Notes under the pieces: model-generated
What the model was told of the DNA's origin: nothing
The model's database searches: none
Seen by the model: only the letters and a program-made list of their open reading frames with translations
Made by a program: the position numbers and the translations under genes
Origin: Amphiscolops sp. MND2022
Lineage: Eukaryota
Assembly: GCA_964187785.1 (NCBI GenBank)
Contig: OZ076412.1
Span: forward strand, 12,462,001-12,526,000
Direction: 5' to 3'
Length of the DNA stretch: 64,000 nucleotides
Part shown: positions 37,148 through 50,400 of the stretch, one piece after another
How positions within the stretch are numbered: position 1 is the stretch's first letter
Layout of the letters: each line of letters begins with the position of its first letter

Positions 37148-38112
37148 CTGTTCAGAAGAAGAAAGAAGAAAGGTTATTTATTTAGATGCAAATATCGAAA
37201 GTATATACATTGACAAGGTTTAGCATCTAACAAGACGGGAACGTCTAAAGTCGGCGCTAGTCGAAGGCTCAAAAAGCCCAGTTTTTTAAATTATGCGTAG
37301 GACGTTTTCATGAAAAATCGCTGTTTTCGAACAACCGCCTCCTCCTTACTAAAACGAAATATAGTTCGGATATAACGTCAAAAAATCGGATATAGCGCTT
37401 TACTCCGGATATTACGAGGGGGGGACTTCAATAAAATCGATAGGGGGACCATTTGAAGACAAAAAAATTCGAAAAAAAACGACTCACAACGTCGAAAAAA
37501 AATTGAAATGGGGGACCCTTTAGTCTCGTCCGGTTTTGTATGTTACGTTTAAAAAGTGAAAAACGAAAGGGGGACCTTCTTGCTATAACTTGGATTCGTT
37601 TCCGAGGTATTCGTTTAGTTTAACAAAATGAACAAAATATTTGTCGCATTCGAGTCTGTCTTGAAAAAAAAAACAAGCTCCAAAGTTCAAAAACTCCTAA
37701 CAAGATTTTAGTTTTTCTTGTTTACAAAAAAATGAGCTCCAGGGAAAATACATCAACTACAGCTACCGTGAATCCTGTTCATGTTTAGGAAACTTTTGTA
37801 TTTTTACTTTTTTGTTTTTTTAGTAAATCATAATAAAGCTATAATATTTTATAATATTTTACCTTGCTAAACCAAAACAAGTCGGGAACGGCCCAAGTCC
37901 GCGCAATATCTAAGGCTCAAAAATAGCAAAAGGACTTCAAAGTGTCAAGTTTTCTCTTCTACAGTACAGCAAGAGAAAAAATTGAAAAAACTCGAATTTT
38001 TTTGGTCATCGGTAAGTCGCATAGTGCCGAAAAATGTCAGAGGGGACGTCAAAAAAGCCTAATTAACCTCTATCTCAAGTGCCAGTAGAAGTAGTGTGGC
38101 AGTTAGTGTTAG

Positions 38113-38789
38113 CCTGAGTCGACCCTCCATGGATATCTTGATAAGATCTTGACAAGAACAGTAATAACGCTGCTGAAACAGGCTCTAAGAAAGCTGGAAA
38201 TATGAAATTCACAAAAATTTCCGGATTTTAAGGTCTTTCCTTTGTAGTTTCCCGATAGTGGGTCTGGACGTTTGAGAGCATATTTTTCCGTCTCTGGAAT
38301 CGACAGGAGTAATAGATTACAAGTTTGGAAAGCCCTTGAAATGACCTTTCATATGGTACATTCGCATTTCTCAGTCTTAAACAGGTGAGGAGTTATTAGG
38401 ATTCTGGTCAAAATTTCGGAAGCCAGAATACGTTATCGTAACTTTTCACGCATTTTTCCATGCAAAAATTTTTTCAGCAGGTTTAAACATTTTCATTATG
38501 AAAACGAGTAGAAATAGTCGTTGTTGGGTGAAATGAGCCTTTAAATTGAGTTTCGGCTGCTTGTACAGAAGGTATAGTATTCTTTTATAATCTTAAAATT
38601 TTGTCCATCGTGATAAGATACGATCTTGGAATAAGTATTATCTTAGTAAAATCTTAATGAGAATCTTGCCATGGGATCCATGGCTGCGAAGATGTAGTAA
38701 GAATTTGGCAAGATCATGCCAAGATGTAGTAAGAATTTGGCAAGATCTTGCCAAGACAGCCAAGATGCTAGTACGAGGGTCAACCTGGG
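38113..38789. mobile_element. MITE with CCC...GGG-type termini and CAAGATCTTG-type subterminal repeats
   Basis: Left CCTGAGTCGACCCTC versus right (reverse complement) CCCAGGTTGACCCTC; 2-bp TSD AG. Confidence 0.7.
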
Positions 38790-38860
38790 AGCGCAAGTCA
38801 GCTTATAAAGCTTATAAAATCTGTCACTTCGTTGGTCCTTGAAAAAGAAAAGTCACTGCT

Positions 38861-40135
38861 TGTCATACCGGATGGTATGAAATACAACAACTGAAAGATG
38901 AAGTCATCACCAATTGCTCAAACATTTCAACTATAAACATTTTAAAATACATGTAAAATTCATATAACGGACGACTGTACCGTTCAGTCGTCACTCCAAT
39001 TTCACCTGTGCTACGAATTACAAAATTGTGCTAAGCAACGACCAATACTAATAGTCGTCCCAACCACAAACCAAAACAGTTAAAACAGAAATCTCCAGTG
39101 CATTTTGATCTCATCCTTTGTAAAATACAGAAATATGTTCCCCTCACCTGATTCACAGTAACGACTGAAACATGTAGTCGACTTTAGCAACCCTTTAGTG
39201 CAATACAATATTCATTCATGTAAACGACTGGCACATATAGTCGTATTTTAACCGATATGTACATGCAGTTCTTCATATCCAAATCATTGATAGTCCAGTT
39301 ACTAGAGCATCGTTTAGTTCATTTACCGTCATTTGAGTTAATCTTTAGTAACAATTACCTTCGAACACTAGTCGTCATTTGTGCTTAGTGCGTTAAAATT
39401 GCTAATTGGGAAAATACTACCAGTAATCAAGTGCAGTAATTATGCCCAACACTTCGATCACTAGTTGTAAATTAGTACGTGCTGTGATGTTGTGGGATCA
39501 ATGATACATGCTGGTGCGGCAACAGAAACTTAAACGCTACAATGGCATTTAGCGACGACCGAAGTGACCAGTCGTGTAATGTACCATGAGGTGATAATAG
39601 CAGGTTAACCAAAAAAGTTGAGTGAAAGAGACGCAAACAATCGAGTGCAATTAACAAGTAATTAAGAGTTTGAAGGTGCTATTGCATTATGGAAATTCAG
39701 ACAGAAGAAAATTGTTACCGTGAGATACAGACGTACTGTTAAAGCACTTTGCAAAGTTCACTACATTAAAATCACTTCTTTCATTTCAAACTACTTAAAC
39801 TTTACCCTTTTCAACAATGGTAAATACTCGATCGGGATACAATAGAGAGAACAGAATTGAGCAGTCTGGAAAAGATAGATATTTTGATGAGGACAACAAT
39901 ATGAGTGTCGCGGACCACTACACTGAAGACAATTTCAACAATGATATCGAAAGTGACGTGAGATCTATGGAAACGGATCATGAGAAACACAGGATTGAAC
40001 AACGTTTCCTAGAAATGAACCGTCAAATCGGAGAACTCACAAGTATAGTGAGAGCCCTTACTGATAAACTAGCTAACAGTAGGGAAGAGAACGGTAGAGA
40101 CGCACTAAATTCAGAGACGTCAACACATTCTGACA
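38861..40135 (+). repeat. 5' LTR of element C (1275 bp)
   Basis: Matches 52678-53959 with ~55-60 differences by eye (~95%). Confidence 0.97.
38971..39575. promoter_or_regulatory. Array of ACGACY-N9-AGTCGW palindromic sites in the LTR
   Basis: Sites at 38971, 39038, 39161, 39224, 39555 and a half-deleted one at 39355. All six are intact in the 3' LTR (52788, 52855, 52978, 53041, 53180, 53380). The spacer is always 9 nt. Function is inferred. Confidence 0.7.
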
Positions 40136-41362
40136 TGATGGTGACAGGAGTCTCGGCAAACCCACTGTCTACACCCAATGCTCAACCACCAAGAAGGACC
40201 CCCATTCACTACACGATGAACAAATGGGAGACGTCATGTCAGAAATACAGCACCTCAGAGCAACCATGACTGTTGGAGTGATCCAGCCAAAACTCCTCCA
40301 AACACAGGTCCCCCTCTTCCGTGGGAACCGAGAAAAGTATAATGAATTCGAACATCTACTCAAAAACAACCTCCGTCCCCACATGCATAAACTGACGGAA
40401 GACAAAAATTAAAATACTTCCAAAGCCCCCTCAGGGACGATGCCATCGACTTCTGGCAAACCCTGAAGAGTACGACCGAAACGACGCTTACCGAGATTCT
40501 CCAGGCATTTAACAAAGAGTATGCCAAAGGAGACCTCAAGGAAGTATCGAAGTACAAATTCGATCAAATGAGATACGACCCAACAACGGAGTCGTTTGCT
40601 GACTTCCTTACAAAATTCAAAAAATTAGCAAAAAAAGCGTACGAAGACAAAGCCAACGAAATAGCTGAAACATTCCTGTTCGCCAAACTACCCATCCAAA
40701 TACAAAATGAGTTGGCAATGGCAGGAAAACACGAAGCAACCAGTGAAGAGATCAAGACTCTTGTCCAAAGACGCTGCCAATACGCACAACTGCTACCTAG
40801 CACATCAGGGATGCAAATGTTGAACAATCTCCAGAATTACCCCGTAAAACAGCAAGCCAACCAACAAACAGCTACTACCAATAACCCGGGGAAATCAACT
40901 ACAAACAAAGAGGTCAAACGAAAATTTGAAATCAACTGTCGATATTGCAACATTGTCGGTCACAAATGGATTGACTGCCGAGAACGTCTCAGGGACGAAG
41001 CCAACGGAATTAACACCAAAACCTACCGACGCTCCAACCAGACAACAACAACCAACAGCCCCAGACCGACAAACCTAGATACAACTCAAAGCTCGTGTGC
41101 CAAATCTGTGGAAAAGTTGGGCACTCTGCACGAAACTGCAGAAATCGAGTCCCAGGCGCCTCAGCGTACCAGAATGTACCAGAAACAGTCTACGACGGAG
41201 AACCGAGAGTTCCACCGGGACTTCCGACAATCCCAAAATACCCGACAACCACCATACCAGGTATCACAAGTGACAAGTGAGCCCACCCAAACCGAAGGTC
41301 ACAACGACTGCTATGACGAGGAGTACAACGAGGAATTCAACCCGCATTCAAAAAACTTGTAA
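39817..41362 (+). pseudogene. gag: gag of element C, starting inside the 5' LTR
   Basis: ATG 39817 lies in the LTR and the frame reads through the LTR end and PBS. Capsid-like part (FRGNREKYNEFEHLL, ESFADFLTKFKKLA) and two CCHC knuckles (CRYCNIVGHKWIDC, CQICGKVGHSARNC). Frameshifts present. Confidence 0.9.
40139..40151 (+). promoter_or_regulatory. Primer-binding site of element C (tRNA-Leu-like)
   Basis: TGGTGACAGGAGT is one mismatch from TGGTGTCAGGAGT, the complement of the tRNA-Leu 3' end; it starts 4 nt after the LTR end. Confidence 0.75.
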
Positions 41363-41625
41363 AGCTACGTGATCCCCAATGCAACCAGACTACCAGTGCG
41401 CGCAAACAATCACAGACTAACTATTACTACGACTCAATGACTCAGACGTCAGAATGTCGGCAGCTTTCTGACAACCGGACTCAACTGTCTAAGAAATACT
41501 ACGTACACAAAGTTTCCACTAACAACTACCACATACTCCCACCAGTCGGTGATGACCCCACGTGTACATTTAAGGAGTGTACTGCAAGAGAGTCAACAAC
41601 CCACAAAACGCTCACCTAGACGAAA

Positions 41626-44600
41626 GTGAGAAACCAGAGACACCCACCCCAGCCGAAGTCGCCTAACCGCCCTAAACCAACAACTGTCAGGCCCCTCAGT
41701 GCGACATTACAACTAGATAAGCAAAATAAAATGCTCTATGTCCCCCTACAATTCAGAGCATATGAAAACCAAGGACTACTAGACACCGGAACAATCCAAA
41801 GTGCAATGTCAGAAAACGAACTACGCCGGATACTGCAAGCCCACCCGGCCGCCCAACTTGAAGAATACCCAGCCCCGGACCTCAAAGTCCAAATTGCCAA
41901 TGGAAGTATCGTCCCGGTACGGAAGCAAGTCCTCCTCCGATTTTTTATTGGTGGGAAAGTGTTCGAGGATGCATTCATGATATTACCGACAATGGGAAAT
42001 ATATTGATCAGAATGTCCTTCTTCAAAAAAGACTCTGTGACTCTGGACCTCGCAAACAACACTGTCAGATTCCCAGAGATCACCCTCCAACTGAAGCCAC
42101 AGAACGGGAACTTCAAATTACAAATGTTGGAACTCAGGGCATCACAGAAGACGACCATCTCACCCTGACAGCAAGTCTTTGCCGAAAAAGACATTGGTAA
42201 TGTAACAGGCACAGTGGAAGCGTTCCCGGCATTCGGACGTAAGACGGAAATACTGGTGTCTCCATCGATGTCCGAAATAAACAAGCAGCAGAGCCATGTC
42301 CAAATCACCAACTATTTGGACCACGCAATAACGATTCCCCAACACACAACAGTCGCAGTCTTCCGCATCTTGACCCCAAACCAAGCGAAGAACGTCCAAC
42401 CAATGACAAATGAACAACTGACCCTTTTTCCAAATTTCCAGATGAAGCAAACAATGTGATCAATCAGTTGTTCCAGGAGCCCGGTGCAACCAAAGACAAG
42501 CGATGGTACCCAACCCCCGAAACATGCGACGACCCCAATAAACTGAATAAAGTCGAGCGCCGAATATATGATGAAATCATTGAACTCCGGGAAGCCGAAA
42601 AGCTCGATCCCACCTTGTGACGATGACCAACGACAGACGTTCCTGAAGAATTTCAGCTGGGATGACTCAATCCTCACTGAGCAAGAGCAACAGAAGATCG
42701 AAGCACTGTTGGTCAATTACCACATGATTTTTGAACGCCACCGCCTCGACATAGGCATTAACATTGATATCAAGATCAAGCTTACGCCCAAACACGACGA
42801 CCCAGTGTACGCGCAGAGCCTACCGACTCCGACCAACATGAGAGATGATCTCCTTGTCGAATTGGCCCTGATGCAAGAATACGGAATCATCACTACACTC
42901 CCGTACAGCAAATATTCTTCCCCGATATTTGCACAACGGAAGCCCAATGGAAAACTTCGAATACTAGTCGACTTGAGACGCATCAATCACTTTCTCAAGA
43001 ACGACTACAACCAACACAATCACCCGGTCAGAACAATACACATGGCTGGCAAGAAGTACTTCTGCAAGCTTGATTGTTCACAAGCTTACCACTGCCTTCA
43101 GATGGCCGATGAACAATCAATCCAACTTCTTGCATTTAACTTTGGCAGCAGAACCTTTGCATACCTTCGTCTTGCTCAAGGGTTGATCTTTGCCTGCATT
43201 CAACAGCACAATCCGAGAGTACCTTGATGTTCTAGTAAAATCAGACAAATGTGCACAATACGTTGACGACATTGGGGTCGCTGCAAACAACGTGGACGAA
43301 CTGGTTGCCATTATCAAAGCAGTTTTCCAGCAGATACAGAAAGCAGGCTTGAAACTTTCGATGTCAAAGTGCGCCTTCGGACAACCGAAGATCGAATTCC
43401 TGGGTCGAAGTATAACCACCAAAGGCATCGCACCCCTTGAAGACCGCATTGACGACTTCCTCAAAAAGATGAAACTGCCAACATCAGTCAAATCGTTCCA
43501 ACGGTAAATCGGATTTGTCCAGTTCTACAGACAATATATTCCGAAATTGGCAGAGAAGCTTGTCCCACTGTACAAACTACTGCAAAAAGATGTCAAGTTC
43601 GCACTGACGCAGGTACACAAGGAGGCGACTTTTGACATCAATGAAAATCTAGCACGAGCTGCGAAACTGTCACTCAGATTGCCATTGCCTGACAAACAAC
43701 TTGTCATCATGTGTGATGCCAGCGAACACGCAGCAGGGTATGTGCTGCTTATTGAAGACTTCACTGGAAGTAACGACGACAAGAAGAAGACGTATGCACC
43801 CGTTGCTTTTGGTTCCCAACGGTTCACTGAAGGCCACATGTCACTGACTATGTATGCTAAAGCAATTTTAGCCATGCATTTCGCCTTCGACGAGTTCGAT
43901 CACATACTATGGGGAGTCAAGAAACCCACCATCGTGATGACAGACAACAAAGCGCTAACCCGCTTTTTTTCCAATCAAAGCGGATGCCACCAAAACTGTG
44001 GAATCCATTGCGATCAAGCCCTGCAGTTCGACTTAAACCCACGTACCAGGAGTTGAAAACCCAGCCGCTGACTACCTGTCCAGGCTCGACATTACCCCGG
44101 AGACAGGATCCATCTGAAACTTAACGACCAGATCCGTGTCCACTACATCGAGATTGACCTAGTAGCAAAAACTCCGAAACAAGACGACGATGAAGAGGAC
44201 TACGATCCCGATCAACCGCAACACCCTACAACAGCTGACCCCCTGGAACAGAACCAACTTAACGCACCCAACACCCACGATGCCTTCAATCAAATGCAAT
44301 GCTTACTGCATTCCCTCGCGAACTCCCAACACCAGCATGACGACGACCGTGCCAAGGTGATCCAGATCATCAGTCGTCACCTCGAGCCAGTCCTAGCAGG
44401 CGCAGCTGCCTCCATCATGCTGACGAAGTTTACCAGAAGACCGCACCCCAACACGGTAAACCAGGTATGCCCGCAAGGGGATTCACAAATAGTCCAGGAA
44501 CAACTAAGTAACCAAGACGTCCGAAAAAAGGTTCGAGTCTTAGTTAACAACGAACCTCTTCCTAACCACGTAATTTTTGCTAGTTCTTCTTTCCAAAAAC

Positions 44601-46065
44601 TCGTAAAAAACAGAAAACGCATTGAAGTAGTCAACAAGGTTTGGACAGGAATTTTTTTGATAACACTGGTAGAGTTCTATTTAAACAAAATGTAGTACCT
44701 CCAGAAACTACGATGCCCATAATCAGGACGATGCATGGCGACCCCATGCAGGGTCACCCTGGGGCATCTAAAATGCTGGTAGAACTCCGCAAGCGTTATT
44801 ACATACCTAATTTTAGTGAACACGTTTCAAAATTCGTTAGTAATTGTACGGACTGTCTAAAAGCTAAACCCGTTAACCCAAAACGCCTAACTCCACCTCT
44901 AGAGAAGATCTATGACCACTGCAATGGTCCTGAAGACATACTCGAGGTTGATCTGGTACTAATGAGAACTGCCGGGATTCAAATCGAACAAGCAACGGTA
45001 AAGCATGCACAGACCATAGGGATGGTTGAGTGTTCCCATCAGAGGCTAAAGCAGATACTGAAAATCAACGTCGCAACTGACTCTCCCCAATGGGACAAGT
45101 ACAAGTACATTAACCTCGCAGTAATGGCCCATAACACAACCTACCACCAAGCACTTAGATGTACCCCGAGCGAAGTGTTTTATGGTAGAGTCCCGTTTAA
45201 CGCACTGGAACTTAAGTTCAGCAACCCCCTGCAATGTCGAACACAAGAAACCGACTTAACAAAATTGATCGACCAAGTGATCGAGAAATATGAACAAGTC
45301 AACAACAACATACTTCAAGCCGACCACAAGTACAAAAGGTACTACGACCGTAAACCTCAGGCATCAACTCTGAAAGTTAATGACATTGTGTTCCTTCTCA
45401 ACCCGAAAACCACTGACCAGTCAGACAAAATGGCCATCAATAACTTCAAATGGGAAGGCCCTTTCAAAGTAGTCAAAGTGTTAACTAATTTCAACTACAT
45501 AATCAGGAAAGTCGGTACTTTTCGCACACAATGCGTCCACAGGATGCGACTACGTCCTTTCATCCCGAACGCACCTATACAAGACATTGACGAAGATCCA
45601 ATTCTCTTCTTTGCTGACCCTGAAGCGTCTGACGATCAAGAGCTCGTCAACGACCACTTACCTCGGACAATCCACTTTGAACGAAAGCCCGCACTAGCAG
45701 CTCCTGAAGAGCTCGATACCGAACATGGTATCATATACTACGAACGTGTCCAAAGGTAAACGGACCGACAACTGGCACAGCCTATCCCTGAAAACTCTCC
45801 TCAAAACTTAATGCCACCAACTGACGACTCCAACGTCAGTGATGACTTCAAAGACGAATATAGTGCCGAACCCGACGAAACTGCAACTAACTATAATGAA
45901 CTGCCAAACACCAACGACGAAGCACAGGTAACGTCCCGCAATAGCAGTACCCGTTACAATCTACCGGCTCAACCTGCACCGAGGACTTACCGAGACTTCC
46001 TTGTTCATGAACTTCAAGTAAAACCCGTCTTACAAAATTTTCTGCAAAACAACAAAACCAACTAA
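41626..46065 (+). pseudogene. pol: pol of element C: protease, RT, RNase H, integrase (frameshifted; integrase core partly deleted)
   Basis: GLLDTGT; SSPIFAQRKPNGKLRILVDLRRIN; YVDD (43259); CDASEHAAGY; HGDPMQGH..CTDC; KWEGPFKV; C-terminal RYNL motif. Confidence 0.95.
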
Positions 46066-47446
46066 AAGTAAATGAAACACTCCAAGTAAATGTCTGACAT
46101 TTACAGTTAAAAAAAAACGTGTACCAAACATACTTCACACAACAAAAAATAGTTTTCCCCTTTAGTTTATTCAAAACTGTACCCCTCAATAACGACTGCC
46201 AACAGCAGTCATGAACAATATCTATCTAGACAACGAAGGTAATTGTTCTGCATTTACACCACACCATAACAGTTCTCATCCAGTAATACCAACACTTCCA
46301 AAATGAAATAACAAACAAATCAATTGAAGCGACTAAACGACCATTGCCTACCGTCGACGCTATTTCAGCCGACGCTAATCATCCCAACAAACACGGTACG
46401 GAAATACATGTAACGCGTAAATTAACGAGAGATAATTTATTCAATTCACACCAAAATTGCCACAGCCACTATAGAAGCGAATTGCTTCGAATGAAAAACC
46501 ATCACAACAAATCTAGCAAAACGTGAACGCAAATACCGTTCCCAAATAGAGAAAGGAACTAACAGTGACGTGGCGATCTGCTGCCTGACAAACGTTATAG
46601 CAACACAATCAAGCCCTCACCAATTTCACTCTACACTAATAGCGCTGGCTTTGTGGGTGCGTCGTTAAAAAGCGTGCTTGTGTGGTTGGTCGTCACAATA
46701 CAGATGAAAGTTGCTCTATAGCAACTGGATTCAGTGTTAGTTTTGTATGGGTGGTTGCGTCGGCAATTCACCTTCCCAATGAACCGAACCTCAAAAATAG
46801 AAACCAAGCAATAAACCATGCCAACGGTCGTCACTTCACTCCCGAAAATTAAGATACATGTGAACAAAAGTTAATTCGCTGCTACTTTATGCATTTCACG
46901 TAAAACTCTCAGCAAACTGCAATTTGAAGAAATTGTCCTACAATTTCACTACCTAGCAAAATTAACAACACACACACCGATACTAAATGCAATCTACTAC
47001 CATCTTTGTCCTACCTCACAAAGGAAATCCAAAACAAAGAACAGAGTAAAAACTTCAATTTCAAACGCCTTATAGCGTCATCAAAATAAACAATAGCAGC
47101 ACATACAAGTTGTATCAAATTCATGTAACAAAAACTCATGTAACAATTCGCTCAAACTCCAGATGCATAATACAATGAACGCATGTAAGTAAAAGACCAA
47201 AGAACGCAACAAGCGAAATCAAACGTTCCTTACTGGGACTAACAACGAGTTTCAGCCAGAAACAAATATGAAAAAAAATGAAAGGATGACGTCAACGCCA
47301 AGAGCAATACGGCACCAATCAGTATCACAACGAATACAAACGGTTGATTCACAAAATTGTAAACAATTCAGTTTCAACTAGTTTTGTCTAAGTGTAAGTT
47401 TCACGAACTAGCTAATACCCCTCCGATGATTCATCCATCAGAACGT

Positions 47447-50400
47447 TCACCAACTTTCGTTTCGCGGCCTTCTTGGTGTTTCTCTTCGAGAGGGCTCTGC
47501 ATTAGCCGTCCTTTTTCCATTCCCACCACGTGAACTGGAAGGTAAACTATCATCCTTCTGTGACCGAGGCTGTTTTCCACGCGCAACATGACGAATTAGA
47601 GGCTCATCATCAGCAACAGAGAAAGTAACGGGAGACCCACGCGACGCAGCATTACGGGATCGGCTCTTCAGCTGTGCTTGTGCGTCGTCAACACTCTTCC
47701 TCAATTGCGCGCACACCGCTGACCTATAGTCGTCGACTGAAATGCCCGCCGATTCCACAGTCCCTTCGTGAAACACACGATAACATCGCGACAACACCTC
47801 CTCACCTCTCTCAGGATCCATCAGCCGGGACACCTGTATATCAGTAGTCCCGCAGTAACGGAGAAATCCAGTCGTCAGTTTCCTTGCACCGCCGACTACG
47901 CCCGCACTTGTCCAACTGCGCACTAAGTTCATGCTCTATAGCAATTGCCCTTGACATAGAGCAGTCACTTCGACATCCAGAAAATCAGTTACCTACTGAC
48001 TTCGAGCAGAACAACAAATGACAATTTTGAAAACATCCAGTGAATCCGCACAACGCGACCAAAAGGGGTAAGACCGCCACAAGCTAATGACATCATCAAC
48101 CATAGGACCAGTAGATGACTGACTACGCCAACGGTGCAAAAAGTACTTGTAGACTTAATCATACTGTTGGACAACATTAGCACCCTGAACGTCACTGAGG
48201 AAACCTAGACGAGTTAGTAACAAACAACAGTCCATTAGGGAATCCACAACTCGATCTTTTGAACGTCTGTAAATAGCCTCGGGAGCAAATGCAGAGAGGC
48301 TAAGTCTTCCTTCAAAATCCGAATGATAATCAGCTACGAGATTTTCGCATATCTTGGCCATGAACAATTGGATCTCTCGATAGAACACGCGCCGCTGGTC
48401 GAGGACGTTGAAGCGAAAGTACTGAACAAACAAAGCCTTGTATCGCTCCTGTGGAACAACACTGAGCTCGATCAGCTTGGTACTGAAAAGACGATCGTGA
48501 TCAAACGCTGCAGGGACCTTGTCTGCATCTTGGACCATACATTTCAGCCGTCGAAGGAATGTCACAAACTCAACTTCAAAACATAAGTCGCGGTCACGAC
48601 TGTTCGTACACCCTCGAGGAAAAGACGTCACACTAGTACAAGCAATAAAACCATCATAATGATGGCCTAATTCAAATTAGTTCCCCACCCTTAACCAAAT
48701 GATAAAAAGAGAGGTCAAAACCAACATTCTCGGCCAATGAACTTTTTCCTTTGAACAAACAACCACTACACAAAAAAAAGAGAAATACATCACAACCAAA
48801 CGTTCATACTTGCCTTCATCCAATAACCATCTTAGCATAGCCATCTGTGGTCGAGCCAACCGGTCATTAAAAATGACAACATTCAGACTGGGGATTGATC
48901 ACAGCTCCATCATAGCCCCACCGCCCTCATTGCCAAAGTAGACAGCCAGATCGTTCCAACGTTCAACGAGCTCTCCACACACAGCAGCCAACTGCGGTAA
49001 CGTCAACTCTTCGCTTCGCACGTACTGTAAAAAGAATATGATTATCCACATTTAACCTGCGGGGTGTAACATTGGGACGCCCTAACATTTTAGTCCTACT
49101 CCTATCATCACTGTTTTTGTTTCGAAACAAACTAGACAAAACTCATACAAGTTGCACACCGCGTACCCAAAACCTTATGTCATAATGAAGTACCTGTCGC
49201 AACAAGGGCATTCTGTCGAAAACTGAACCATACTCTACACTCGACAGTCGGTACTTGAGGAATTCAAGCACGTTGTAAGGGTCCAGACCACCAATACGTT
49301 GACAAAACTGCTGCCGGATGCTCCGCTGTAGCAACTGTACGTCATTAAAACGCATCACAACTGACTTGCCAGCAGGTATAAAATGGGCCAACGACCGTCC
49401 GACAGCGACAAGGGTGTCCACCACAACACTACAAAAGTTCGGCAACGGATCCAAACACAACAGCACTGTGACAGTTAACCCAATCACCTCCTCCTTCCAA
49501 CGGTCACACACAGGCCAGGTAACCAGAGTAACGATTTTCAATTCGGCTTCGTCTACGAAATGACAGTCGACCCGCCAGAAATTGCCATCGAAGTACACTC
49601 AGAGACCCACTCGACTCCCAGAATGTACGAGTCCACATATCTTTTCCATGACGTACGGGTACACCCCATACAATAACAAACTCTAAACAAACAAAACAAT
49701 ACAAATCTCCCAAAAATTAACATACCCAAAACCGCGTAAAATAAGTCTAGTACATGTAACATGCAAACTAAATAACATAACGATCCCCCCCCCGGTAAAA
49801 ACAACCAAAATGAAAAACTTACATGGAATACAACGGTACCTGACATTTCGCAACAGTAAGGCTCCGGGCCACAAAGTTCAGTTCCCCTCTCAAGCTGCTA
49901 GCCTACCCATCCATTAAACGCATCAGTGACTCGAAACCAGCAACCGATCCAAAGCAGTTCAGGAAGAAACACAAACACAAGTACGAGGCACCGTCCTCTG
50001 ACAGAACTGGCCGAGAGTTTTCTTCTTCAGCTTCACGCTCCAATGCAACACGTTCCTCTAAGGACAAACTGATAGGGGACTCCAAATACACTGGAGGTTC
50101 AACCATGTGTTCCAGTCGTATCCTCCTATCTTCTTCAACAGAAACGGGCCGACACGATTTATCCAGTAACGGACGTTGGGTCATTATACGGAACTTTTGC
50201 TCTAATCGTGTATGCTCCGACCCTTCCAATGACCCCATAAGTTCCGCAAGCCACGACCCGCAATTCTGAGGTCCACCCGACACATTAAACAGCGCGCGAA
50301 ACCATCGAGCACACGCTTATGCCGTGGGAACCCGACAAATAGGCCCACAACATTTGAAACGAAATAAGACGGTTTCCAAGTATTGAGCCTCCTCTTCCTC

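Noticed and set aside
41736-43875. Minus-strand ORFs overlapping pol of element C (e.g. 41736-42311, 42312-42716, 43117-43491)
   Set aside because: Antisense shadows of coding sequence with no recognisable motifs or splice logic.
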